The position numbers and the translations under genes were made by a program. This document shows, in pieces, positions 51,506-64,000 of a DNA stretch of 64,000 nucleotides; the stretch's first letter is position 1; every line of letters begins with the position of its first letter. The notes under the pieces were generated by a model that saw only the letters and a program-made list of their open reading frames with translations, did no database searches and had not been told where the DNA came from. Where the stretch lies: assembly GCF_006345805.1 (NCBI RefSeq), contig NC_043001.1, positions 7,874,001-7,938,000 of the forward strand, in the 5' to 3' direction. The DNA comes from Octopus sinensis (taxonomy: Eukaryota).

Positions 51506-52654
51506 ATGCAGGGATTATGAATCAACTGAAAGAGATTAACGGAATGAAAATATTTAAAATAGATGCACGATAGGAAGTCATGATGACAAAAATGAAAGTA
51601 ATATTCTTATATCGGTACAATCGATATTAATATACAAGAATTGAGGAACTACTATTTAGGTAAACAAAACGTTCTACTATTATCGAACAGTGACCTTCGA
51701 AATCAATTGAGACGTCCATCGATACCCAATGAGATTATGTAGTAAGAGGAGATTAGAAAATATTATAAAAGGGTATAATATATGTATTCTGATATAACAC
51801 ACTGACAGCGATCAGCTTCTTATTATACGAAGCACAAATTTTTATAGGAAATTATCATCATCGATATTCACCGGATGATGAAATGAGATCCAAAATTAAT
51901 CTCCTCTGTAGCAGAATGGTGCTGTGAATCAAGGCCATTTACATAAATTAAATAATCAGGCAGTACGTTTGGATTAATCATGCATTAAAAGTACACTTCT
52001 ACAAAGACACTTTTTTTTTGCTGCAGTAACACTAATATTATGAAAGGCTTGGATATTGTTGTTTTTCTATGGATGAGACTTCATATATTCATTCACCGGA
52101 ATGAATCGCTTCTAAACAGCAACGGATTTTTGACCTGTGAGGTGAACTACATTTCGTTATAATTTAGTAATGCATAAGCTTCTCAAAGATTATCTTTTCC
52201 TTTCCAGTAGCATAGTTCACTGTGTTAAAAGAATTCCAAATTTGTTTCTGGTTGGAAGAGATGCTCCGTACTTCGTCTGAGGAATCTACGAGGCACTGAA
52301 CAAGGTCATAATCATTGTTCTTGCATATGACTAAGATATAAACAAAATTAACAGCTCATTAAAACTGATTCAAAGCTAAAAACGAAGCAGCTGCTTATAA
52401 TACTGTGAAAGCCGATTAAAATATCACATGACGTATCGATTTCTAAATCAATATAACACGCTATATTATTTTAATCAGTCTCATCTTGTAATATTCTTTA
52501 GGTTTGTAATATTTTCAGATGTAGTTGCTTTTAAAGCAGCGTAGTTTGGTGCCTATCTTATGAATCATGTTAATAAGTACAGAATATTTAACAAACTTAT
52601 GAATTGAAAGTAATTACATCAACAACTACTATGGTTATTGTATTTTTTCTTTCT

Positions 52655-52880
52655 TTCCTTCTTTTATTTGTTTCAGTCATTTGAGAACGGCCATGCTGGA
52701 GCATCGCCTTTAGTCCAGCAAATCGACACTAAAATTTATTCTTTGTGAGCATGGTACTTATTCTATCGGTATCTTTTGCCGAACCGCTAACTTACGGTGA
52801 TGTAAACACACCAGCATCGGTTGTCAAGCGATGTTGGGGGGGGGATAAAACAGACACACAAACATGCACACACACACATG

Positions 52881-52914
<34 letters not shown>

Positions 52915-53060
52915 CCTGTATGTGTCTGTGTGTTGTGTGTTTTTTTGTGCCAGTGTTTGTCCACCACCACCGCTTGACAGAGCAGGTTGCGGTGTTTATA
53001 TTCACGCAAATTAACGGTTCGGTGAAATTGAAAGACTAAGAACCAGCGTTTTAATAAATA
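52655..53060. mobile_element. Two SINE family A 3' halves fused back-to-back at the central (TA)n
   Basis: Minus-strand 3' half at 52655-52880 and plus-strand 3' half at 52900-53060. Neither has a head. Confidence 0.75.
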
Positions 53061-53555
53061 ATTGCTGCCATTAAATGACTAAAACAAACACAGTATAACA
53101 CATAAAATATATAACTGCAATGACATCGCTGAGGCAAGAATTGTCATGAACCGGACTTCTGAAAGTATATCTGAACTATAAGAAAATAACGTGGCCGCTA
53201 TTATATACACCCGGAGAGAATATATGTTAGGGACGCGTGCACGAAATTCTTCCCAGTAGCTGCGAGTTGGAAGTCTGGGTGTATTTCTGATCTATGCGCT
53301 TCTTAAATAGCGTGTTCTCACAGCCAGCGAGTTTAGGTGAAATTGGTCACCACTGCTCTATACGAAAACATATGTCCATTTGAGATGTACATATACAGCA
53401 ATAAGATTTGACCCTCATTATATGTTACACATTTATTGACTTGCAGTGAAAATAACAGCCATTTATTCAGTGGAGTAACGACATGTAATATACACCTAAA
53501 GATATACTTACACACATATGTATAAGAACAAATATCAACAAATAGCATTTCTGCA

Positions 53556-53855
53556 TGTGTCTTCTACTATAGATTCAGGCCAACCAAAGCCTTGTGAGTG
53601 GATTTGGTAGTCGGAAACTGAAAGAAGCCCGTCATATATATGTATGTATTCATGTGTGTGTATATGTTTGTCCTCCCAACATCGCTTGACAACCGATGGT
53701 GGTGTGTGTAATCCACGTATATTAGCGGTTCGGCAAAAGAGACCGATGGAATAAGTACTAGGCATCCAAAGAATAAGTCCCGGGTCGATTTGCTCGACTA
53801 AACGCGGTGTTCCATCATGGCCGCAATCAAATGACTGAAACCAGTAAAAGAGTAA
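53556..53855 (+). mobile_element. SINE family A, 5'-truncated
   Basis: 'gtgtcttctactatag...ccaaagccttgtgagtgg...catggccgcaatcaaatgactgaaaccagtaaaagag'. Confidence 0.85.
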
Positions 53856-56421
53856 TCGATTCATTATCAAGTTTATAGAGCTCACTCCAAAACATAGGGT
53901 TGTATAAGCACAGCAACAACAAACAAAAACGAAGCTAAAACTTCTGTGAATTACATGGATTATCAATCTTCGAATTGTCCAGTCCTGTAGAGAGATTCTA
54001 TATTTTCGGATGCATCATATCTGTTATAATATCTAAGCTGTTCCCCTCTAAAAAGAATAAAATAAAATAGAGTATATCGTATCAGAAAAATGATTTTGGA
54101 AATTATTCTGAAATTTTTTTTCTGCCGAGGAGAATAGGATTAGAAAAAGAATTATTCTTTTTGATTATAGGAGAAAAAATATAGGTTATTGTAGATATAA
54201 TGCATGATAATACAAGGAGTGTTTGACAGGTTAAGATAAAACGACGTTATCTTGGCTAAGTTTGCATTCGCACAATGCTGTAAAAATATACCGATGTTGC
54301 TAATTTGAGGTGTCTCTGAAAATATGTTATTGTTTCCTCACTCTCTCTCTCTCTTTGTTTTTCCGTTTTTGCTTTATCGAGAAGGGTGAAGCCTTTTTCT
54401 CTTCTATCCATTAATAATACATCAAAAATATTGCTATAGTTTTATATGGTTTAAAGGAGCGGAATTCTACAGGATATTTTCACGGCCCTGTATTGCATTA
54501 TATTAACATCGGTAAATACTGGTCTCCTTGCATGTGTTTCATGCCCGAACCAATTAATTTGGTTATCAGCTCTAAAATCTTACTTGTTTTTATAGAACTG
54601 CATCTCGCGATTATATTTCTTGTTTGATAGTTTTAGGTGCAGCTATCTGAAGGGGCTGTGTTTATCGGTTACGTAAAATAAATTTCTAGAAATTTTCACG
54701 TTTCGCAGCGAAGTGATTGTCAAGTTGATAATATACCGGATTATGTTTCAATATAAGAACTAGAATATGTGATTTTTTCAAGTGTATCCATTTTACTGCA
54801 AGGGGTTTAAACGCTATTGTAATAAAGCAGGCGCCTTGACGCAGATTCATATCTCAGATTACAATTTGGAAATCTAGATAAAATTATTGGCTTCAAAATA
54901 CTTAGAGCTATATTTACGTTCATTTATAGTTACACACATATATCTGTTCATTTTATGTGTATATGTATGATTTCGTGTTTGTATATGTGTGTGAGTGTGT
55001 AGCCCTGTGTGTATATACTTTATATATACATACACACACGTATATATATATATATTTATATATAGTCATATATACACATGTACGCGCACAACACCTAAAT
55101 AATACTTACATGTAAACGTATCTACATGCAAACAAGCATATATGTATGTGTGTCAATTTGTGCGTTTACCTATAAATGTTGGTACATATGCATACAAATA
55201 TAATACATATATATATACACACACAAACACACACACACACACGTATATATATATATATACACATACATATATATATATATATACATATATACAATATTGT
55301 TCTCATCCTTTTCGCAACATGATTGCATGTAAAGACTAGCACACTTGCATACACTCACACGTTCACACAGACATAAACACATATATATAGATGTATATAT
55401 TCACACATGAATGGCACACTGATACATAATAGAGATGCTGGTATACACACGTGTAAAATTTCGTCTATATTGCACCTTACATCTCACATGAATCCTAACG
55501 TCCTGTTATTGCTTATAAGATAATCTTCCAACTGTTAGATATTTTCACTTACAGAAAATAATGTTTAAAGGCTAAAATCAGAGATATGCATATCGTGGAT
55601 TCGATCTACATTAATTCCTGATCTGATTCATGAGTATTTTATCTGGCCTTATAATTATCTAAATCTAATATAGATTAAGCGAAGAGAAAATTGTATTTAA
55701 ATAAATGTTGCTCTGTTAATTTAATGAATATAATTTCACCAGTGCACAATAGGATCTCGTTGTAACGCTTGTATATTCCACTTTACTGGCTTCCTACAAT
55801 TGTGAAATAATAGACCTATAAATTTTGTTTATAATTTGAAACAATAGATACACACATTACCAGAATAAAGGAAATTAGTTCCAAATTGTGAGTAAACAGC
55901 ACTTCAAAGCGTTTATTTATGTCGTCTAATGTCTACAAAATTTGAAGTCTAGTAACGGACGTCGACTCTTCGGTATGTAAAAATATTTCTACATTGCAAA
56001 ACCAATGGCCAGAGGAATATTAACCAAAATCTCGTAGTAACACTAAGTTAGTGCACTAGCACACCGATAATTAGGATGATTTTTATTATCTACTTATTTC
56101 AAAGAAATCATACCACCTGCCAACTAAATCAGAAATAAACACAAACATCGTCATTCTAAGTTATTTGTTATTCAAAGATAATGAAAAGGCCTGCAGTAAT
56201 ACAAATCGTCGTATTATTCTCTCAGTAAATCCACATATTTTTTCGTAAATATTGTTTTTCGTTTCTGTCAGTATTGTATACTATTTTCACCTTCATATTG
56301 TTTTGCTTTGTTATGATGTTTAGGATCTATTTTGTCTATAGCAAACTGAGTTTATCCCAACTTCTTTTACAAATAATAATCATTCTGACAATCATCATCG
56401 TTTTTATTTAAAAACATTCAA

Positions 56422-56640
<219 letters not shown>

Positions 56641-56869
56641 GTCTATGTATTACGGTCATGCATTTGGTAAAGATTACAACTGTTCGAACTTAACATTTAT
56701 TGCAAGGGAAATATGGTAAAGCGGTAGACTACGGAATTCTCAATTGTATAGAATCAAGGTATGATAGCAAGGCATAAAAATAAATGAGTTTGTGACATAT
56801 ATGAAAGAAAATAAGATGCACTGCTTTATAAATATACACCATGTACACTTGTGCATTGATCGATGTAAT

Positions 56870-57106
56870 ATTTATTTCTTTACTACCCACAAGGGGCTAA
56901 ACACAGAGGGGACAAGCAAGGACAGACCAAGTTATTAAGTCGATTACAGCGACCCCAGTGCGTAACTGGTACTTAATTTATCGACCCCGAAAGAATGAAA
57001 GGCAAATTCGACCTCGGCGGAATTTGAACTCAGAACGTAAGGGCAGACGAATTACGGCTACGCATTTCGCCCGGCGTGCTAACATTTCTGCCAGCTCACC
57101 GCCTTA
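56870..57106 (-). mobile_element. SINE family B, full length
   Basis: Head 'ggcggtgagctggcagaaatgttagcacgccgggcgaaatg', B-box 'gagttcaaattcc', tail 'ccccttgtgggtagtaaagaaata'. Confidence 0.9.
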
Positions 57107-57249
57107 TTTGAGGGTTGTAATATTGGGTAAGGGCAATACCCCAGACAGAGCTAAATGCAGGAAACAGGATCGAAGCGATTACTACTATACTCATACATGT
57201 TGTGACTCACAATTTCAATATTATTAACTGGTCAATACGGAAACCTGTC

Positions 57250-58150
57250 GGTTTCATAAGATAAATTCAAAATTTGTTTACAAGAAATAGAAAGCACCGC
57301 CCCAAATTAGATGTAGAACGACTTCACTTAAAAACAAAAACACAATAGTACTCATACTGAAGATGGCAACAGTTGCCCTAATCCCTTATCGAAAACATTC
57401 TGATGCCTGGATGAGAAGACATGTCTTGAAGCGCGAAAACAAGAAAACAAAATACCCCATCACAAAGCAGCAAAGAAATTTCTAAGTGAATACCAAATAC
57501 AGCAATTCCCAGATTTAGATGTAGTGGAAAAAAAGCACAGAAAAAATTGAAGGTATTAAAACCCTAACTAAAACACCTGCTCTAGATATTCTCACTGATA
57601 AATGGCAACGAAAACGCTCTTAATGCCGAATACCCACCAAAGGGAGCTAATAATGCTGATGGTGGCAAAGCAATTATCCTTCAATGGTTAGCGTCTTCTG
57701 TCTTAAAATCAGATAGAGAGAGAGCAGTTTTCATAGCAGCCTGTCTACAAGAAGGTATCAGACCAACATTTTAAAGGATAGTAGTAACCCAACATGCAGT
57801 GTTTTTAAACAACAGACTGAGACCACCGATAATGCTTTTTCCACCTTCAGCCTTCTAGCACCTACACAGTATCTCAACAGAAATGACAGAGCGGCACAGT
57901 ATATTCACTGGGTAATTTGCAAGGAACGGCACCTGGCATATGAAAAAGACTGACAAATGTAGGAGTAAATATCTTGGGAAGTACATGGAACAAATAGGGT
58001 TTGCAATATGTTTGAGCACTTGCAGAAAATAGCTCGGAACCGCTTGAATACTCCGGCTGGTACTCGAAAAATTAAGAGCTGTTACCTCAATCCACTGGTA
58101 GTGAACAGCTGAAAACGTAGTACATCTCCAGCGTTAGAAGCTGGGCAGAG
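57250..58150 (+). mobile_element. Older R4/Dong-type LINE fragment with internal deletion of most of the endonuclease
   Basis: 'HRPKLDVERLHL', 'LQWLASSVLKS', 'RRYQTNILKD..PTC....ET.D', 'YLNRNDRAAQYIHWVIC', then a jump to 'EHLQKIA..GTA*ILRLVL'. Followed by (GAA)n. Confidence 0.75.
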
Positions 58151-58161
58151 ACAATAAAAAA

Positions 58162-58290
58162 AGAAGAAGAAGAAGAAGAAGAAGAAGAAGAAGAAGAAGA
58201 AGAAGAAGAAGAAGAAGAAGAAGAAGAAGAAGAAGAAGAAGAAGAAGAAGAAGAACAAGAAGAAGAAGAAGAAGACCAACAACAAAAACA
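58162..58290. repeat. (GAA)n/(CAA)n microsatellite
   Basis: Direct reading. Confidence 0.95.
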
Positions 58291-58329
58291 ACAATAACGA
58301 TGCTAATTTATTCAGCTCAAGTAGTCCAT

Positions 58330-58640
58330 CCCACTTAATAGGTCTCTGAATAGGTTTTTTTAGGGATGTTGAACGATAGACCCAAGTTTTCACAGATGAA
58401 GTATCCGAACCCTAAAGAATTTCACTTCAAAAGAAGGCTATCTTGCTCCCCCACTACTTCAGTTCGTGATCTTCGATGCACGTATTGTTAAGCCTTTAAG
58501 AGCCATGCTTAAATGCTTAAGGTCAAACAACTGATAAGCAAACGTGATATTGCACAGAATATTTCCTGTAGCCCATATTCGTACCAAGTCAAATCAACGT
58601 ACATGATAAGACTCCCAATCAGAGGCCTTGACAGCCACTG
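58330..58640 (-). repeat. Interspersed repeat, inverted copy of 48930-49320
   Basis: See the 48930-49320 entry. Confidence 0.75.
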
Positions 58641-59544
58641 CTTGGTTATAATTACTATCATCATCATCATCATCATCATCACATCATCATCATCATCATC
58701 ATCATCATCATTCTCTTCAATATTATTTTTATTTTGGTTTTCATTATTATAATCAGTTTTATTGTTGTTCGTATTATTATTGTTAATTTGTTTTAAAATA
58801 CAATACTTAAATCGAATTTAAGGAACCATCTGTTAGATATTCCCATCTGCAGGGTATTAAAATTGCGCTATTTCTATAAGTGTTATGAATGCCCGCGGTA
58901 GATTTACGCATTTTTGTGCCATTTCTATACAAAGCATTTCAAACATCTTAGTATTTTTTTTGTTTTTCGCTTTGGTTTCATATCGTAACTCGGTTACATA
59001 GCAATTCTAAACCACCAAGTGTTGTATCCTACCCTAACGTTTTACGAATTTTAGATAAGACACGATTTACCGTTTCTATAGTTAAAAGTATACTGATTTG
59101 ACTGCATATATCTCAATAAATCTCGCACACAATAATATACTTATTTTTATATTGCTTTTTACGCCTTTACAAAAGATGAATTAATATTGAGATTCTAGCC
59201 CGAAGTCTTGATTGTTTTCTCAACTAATAATTAGGGAAAAGAATATAGGGAAAATATTATGGGAAGAAAAGTACGCTTGAGGAGATGTGCCTGCAAAACG
59301 ATTCTGGTTAATAGTTAAAAATTTTGTAAAATTCTACGAAATCGTTACCGTAGAGTATTAATCATTATCAGCATGACTCACGAAGCGAGAAATCTCGTTA
59401 CAATAATTAGTCAACTAATTAACAATATTTCTATGACAAATGAACCAATGAATACGTATGTATATATGTATCTACATCTCTCTCTCCCTCTCTTTATATA
59501 TCTATTTATCTATCTATCTATGTATCTATCTATCTATCTATCTA

Positions 59545-59593
<49 letters not shown>

Positions 59594-59639
59594 CTCTCTA
59601 TATATAAATATATATATATTGCCCGTACATTGTACTCGT

Positions 59640-60020
59640 GTTTTATCTTCCTGTGTTTTTTCTTCAGTTTTAGTGATTAGATATTTACTGCACACTCGGA
59701 CCGACCACCGTCCTTCCGACTGGCATTGGAGTTACCTTATTCATTTAGATTACGCTATTTCTGCACCATGATTGTGAATCATCACAATTTTTCACTGATT
59801 CTTCCTCTTTAACTCGCCTTCCCTCGAACTATCTTCTCTTCTACTTCCACTCTCTGTAATTTTTGGCTCTCTCTACCTTCCTCTGTCTCCTATTCCGAAG
59901 AAGAGCTTGGTTCGAAATGTAAAACTAACTTTCATTCCTTCCTTGAGAATCTGTTAATAATTTACATGTGCTATGACCTCGCGTTGTTCTTTCTCTTTCT
60001 TATTGTGTTTTTTTAACTTT
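59640..60020 (+). mobile_element. Penelope-like terminal repeat with decayed hammerhead (~59893-59925)
   Basis: 'cc-GAAGA-A-GAGC-UUG-GUUC-GAAAU-GUA-AAAC'; downstream sequence is homologous to 5285-5422 and 35365-35545. Confidence 0.55.
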
Positions 60021-60053
60021 TAATTAGAAATAAAATACATACAATCATGCATA

Positions 60054-60109
<56 letters not shown>

Positions 60110-60145
60110 TATGTACTTTTGCATGTACGTATATATATTATATAT

Positions 60146-60200
<55 letters not shown>

Positions 60201-61137
60201 GATAAGGAGTATAACAAACGTTAAGGCAAGACAGGCATCTCAGATCATATAAGATATATTGTTGTCTTCTTTAACAATTATCCGCTATATCGGAAATCTG
60301 TAATGGCTCCATAACCATTATCTCAGCTATAACTTTCTGCGCTAGTAATCCGAACTAGTCTGACTGATACGTAGTAATCCATTACAGAGCAACATTACAG
60401 AATCATATGCAGCTGTAATCCAGGAGTTTCGAACGCTTAAATTATATCAGCAACTAATTGGACTCTAGACACCATGTATTTAAAGAATTTGTTACTGTTT
60501 AGAATTTAAATTCTAAAGAAATGATTTCCAAGATTTGACGATTTTTTTGTGAAACAATCACAAACGACAGAGTTGGAGCGATGTGAGATATAATTTCTAT
60601 TTTTACCTGATACTTAACCCCACATATATTAGTATTGATTATATAACCTGTTTCAAATCTAATGCCTTATACACTTAACTCCACAGAACCCCTCCGCACA
60701 TGAATGCATAAATGATTCGTAAAAGATTTGAATGTGACAGAATTGTATTGCTTACTATTTAAAATTTGTCATAATTCCTTTTTGCATCCTTTTTACAACG
60801 AAAACTTTCCTAAACCTAAATTAAGCTCAGGATAGACCCTTCCTTTATTGGTGTGTAAGTGAGCACGTTTGAAGAGATTTTAAAATACGATGAACATAGT
60901 GATTGCTTTGTCTTCAAATTTACCCCACATTGATTCCGTAGTGATCTCTGCCGTTTTCTAACTGATAACGTTTCCTCAGGCAACTACAATGCAATACTGA
61001 TTTAAAGAAGCTCGTTTTGAGATTGTTATACTTAACATAATGCACTGATATACAGCCGTAAAACAGCAGCCATAGACACGGAGGTACGGTTCGAAGTATT
61101 GGCCGTAAACGCATGCTAATGTATAGAATTACTCGCA

Positions 61138-61530
61138 CATGTTTCAGTCGTTAAACTACGGCTATGGAATCAGGAACACATTCATGAATGGATTGATAAG
61201 CTTTCTATAGGTCGCTTATGCCTATTCGTTAATTGCGGGGACATAAACACACCAACAGCAGTTATCAAACACTGGTGGGTGACAAACAGTGACACAAAGA
61301 CACACACACGCAAATTCATATACATACATATATATTACAAACACGCACATATATATACCCCTATATACAAAAACACACACACGCACATATATACATATAT
61401 ACGCCTGTCATAGTTCGAGTTTCGTCAAACTAATCCTCTTACACTTTGGTCAGTACAAGTCCAGAGTAGTCCAAGTTACCTCATGGGACCGAACGTGAAA
61501 ACATATGTTTTGGAATCCAACTCCTAACCT
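61138..61530 (-). mobile_element. Degenerate SINE family A copy
   Basis: 'gtttcagtcgttaaactacggctatgg...gggacataaacacaccaacagcagttatcaa...gacaaac' is the reverse complement of the family A 3' half. Confidence 0.6.
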
Positions 61531-61534
61531 CCGG

Positions 61535-61870
61535 GCATTTGTATAATACTCGATGTCAAAACTACGTACTAGCCCCTCCAGAATTTTCCATATGTACCTT
61601 ATTATCTGTTTCTGAGTATTTCGCTGCAGGATGTAAATCGCAGTTTTTTCAGCATCACTCAGTAGTTGATCTGTTGCATTGGTGCAATTCATTTAGTGTG
61701 GTGTGGTTGAATCTCTTCTAACTCCGCTCTTTTAAAACTGCTTTGGCGCTATGTTTCCACCACAGCTGAAACAGGTAATCCACAGTGTCAACAGGGCATC
61801 TTGATCTCAGGACCTGAAGGAACTTAATAAATACCCTACCTCGTCAGATGTCTTTCAAAAGTGAAAACAA
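61535..61870 (-). mobile_element. CR1-group LINE RT fragment (related to 42955-43720)
   Basis: 'VGYLLSSFRS*DQDALLTLW', 'DYLFQLW', 'AELEEIQ..HTK*IAPMQQINY*' and 'YIWKILEGLV'. Confidence 0.75.
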
Positions 61871-62208
61871 CACATGGGCATTTATGTGATCGAGCAGCTG
61901 CTTTAAAACTCAGTGATTGTGTCGCAAGGTCTGTGTGAGGTAGCTTCTATAGTCATGCTGAATATCGTTTAAGTCATGTTTTTCTACAAATGATATCAGT
62001 TTATTTCTAACGATTTGTTCCATGGTTTTGGTGAAAGGTGAAATTAAAGTGATGAGCCGATAGCTTTTAGCTTCTATTCTGCTCACACGTGTTATAGATA
62101 AGGCATATATTGCAATAAGTCTTTTAAAAACATTACACTTCTAAAGGCACTCTTTTTCTTACTTATTTTTTTAAATAATTAACGTTCTCTTCCTTACTGA
62201 CAGTGAGA

Positions 62209-62252
<44 letters not shown>

Positions 62253-62521
62253 AACATCATTGTTTTCAATATATTTTAAAGCACGTGTCATGAATTTGTT
62301 TTAAATATTTTCTAAATAACGCAATGCGGAATATTATTAGATCTTATCTTATGATAATCAATCCATTAATTAAATCCTGCGCATTTTGATAAGCATTGTG
62401 ATTGAATAGCATATTTTAAAAGATAATATTTACAATACCGAATATTTATAAACTGTCTATATGTATATCAATTGAAACTAAATCTATCTAACTATCTATC
62501 TATATATAAACATGTATATAT

Positions 62522-62580
<59 letters not shown>

Positions 62581-62635
62581 ATCCATACACTCATAAACAC
62601 ACATATTGATATATGTACAGATAGATAGATATACA

Positions 62636-62678
<43 letters not shown>

Positions 62679-63968
62679 TATTTAAATATAGAGAAAGAGT
62701 AACTCACACACGCACACACACACAGCAACAGATATATACAGATGGACAGACGAATAGATAAATATATAAATATAGATATGCGTGAAAATAAATTCCAAGA
62801 CACATCCAAATTAATAACTTTACGAACAGAATAATTTCCATTAAACTTGAAAATATCTCACATAGTTACATATTCACATACATTTCGCAGGTATTTTATT
62901 TCAATTCGTATTTTTCTTTGTTAATATTAAATAACTATCGATGTTTAGTTTGAATATGATGTTCTCATTGAAATATCACATAGAGTAAAGAAAGTTCATT
63001 TCGTTCAACAACTTTTAAATATATCCAACATTTCACAAATAAACAATATTTCTCTGATAAACAATAGTTATACCACATAGAATATATCTTTGATCTCTGC
63101 TGAATAGGAACATCTCTGTCGCCATACTGCGTGCGCGTTACATATATTAGTAGTAAATTCTAAATATTCTTAGAATATTTCTGAATATTTTGGTTACTGA
63201 ATATATTTGAGGAAATATGCTTTGAAATAATATTATGTCCCATTCTTGAAAATTCTATTCAGAATATATTTCCTTTCCGTTTTATTTGTATGCGTCGCAA
63301 TAAAATGTTGCATATAGAACAATTCTATCATTCCAGTTATTTTTAAATGCTGAATAGCAACATCACTAGTGTTGCAGTCCATAACGAGAATAGATATTTA
63401 GCTCGATTTTATCATTACACATTTTGTATTTTTGCTCTTTAAACGCTCAAGTTGAAATAATTGTTTTCTGATTGGCCATACGTAACAAAAAACAGAAAAA
63501 ACGAGTACCAAGATTATTGTGGGATTCGATCGATGCGCTAAAACAAACGTAACAGGGGAAGCCATATACTGACCTTAGGATATATTTTTGTACAGCTTCC
63601 CGGTGTATTCATCTAAAATCAAACCATTCTTCAATTAAATCAAATAATAAAAATATATGTGATATTAAACATATTCTGTCCAAATCGATTACACAAAGTG
63701 TTAAGTCATCAATTGCTTCTTTAAATAGCTACTTGTGTTCTATCTGCAATCAAACTTGCAAGCAAATCACTTTCGGGCTCGGCTACATAATCTATTATTA
63801 ATTCTTCTGACATATTCTGTTGCTATAATCATAGGAATAGCAATACCAATAAATTCATAAAATGATAGGAAATTGTGTATAAACATTTTAAATATATTTA
63901 TTTACTGCTCAAATCAAATGATGATTTACACATATTCAAATCTATATTCCTGTGCTATATAAAAAAAC

Positions 63969-64000
63969 TGGAGACGCATGGCCTAGTGGTTAGTGAAGCG
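63969..64000 (+). mobile_element. Start of a tRNA-type SINE head (family D-like), cut by the window edge
   Basis: 'tggagacgcatggcctagtggttag' is an A-box like that at 51505. Confidence 0.6.

Noticed and set aside
51179-51539. ORFs of 102 and 73 aa
   Set aside because: They lie within SINE family D.
54300-54880. Possible L1/Tx1 RT remnant ('NLRQG...KPLA')
   Set aside because: Only two short motifs; too degenerate to support.
57128-57141. 'gggcaatacccc', matching stem II of the 42496 hammerhead
   Set aside because: No flanking core, GAAA or stem I; a 12-nt match alone is insufficient.

Overview
AT-rich eukaryotic genomic DNA (intronic or intergenic), densely packed with (TA)n, (CA)n, (TATC)n and trinucleotide microsatellites and with transposable-element remnants. 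The SINE types resemble those I associate with Octopus/coleoid cephalopods; the organism is an inference. No host protein-coding gene, RNA gene or CRISPR array could be supported, and most ORF-track entries are microsatellite translations. Recognisable elements: an internally deleted Helitron (Pif1-like helicase C-terminus); mariner fragments; RTE, CR1-group and three R4/Dong-type (restriction-like endonuclease) LINE fragments; a decayed L1/Tx1-like ORF1 (CCHC zinc knuckle) with no ORF2; at least four tRNA-type SINE families; a 560-bp foldback; several tandem duplications; and several Penelope-type hammerhead ribozyme (HHR) motifs. Highlights: (1) an apparently intact type I HHR with a compensatory U3-A8 core pair and palindromic stem III, at the tip of a 137-nt hairpin (42448-42584), lying antisense and upstream of the ORF1-only element; (2) a 3'-terminal hairpin with compensatory changes shared by two CR1-group LINE copies and the dominant SINE family. 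Element boundaries are approximate.
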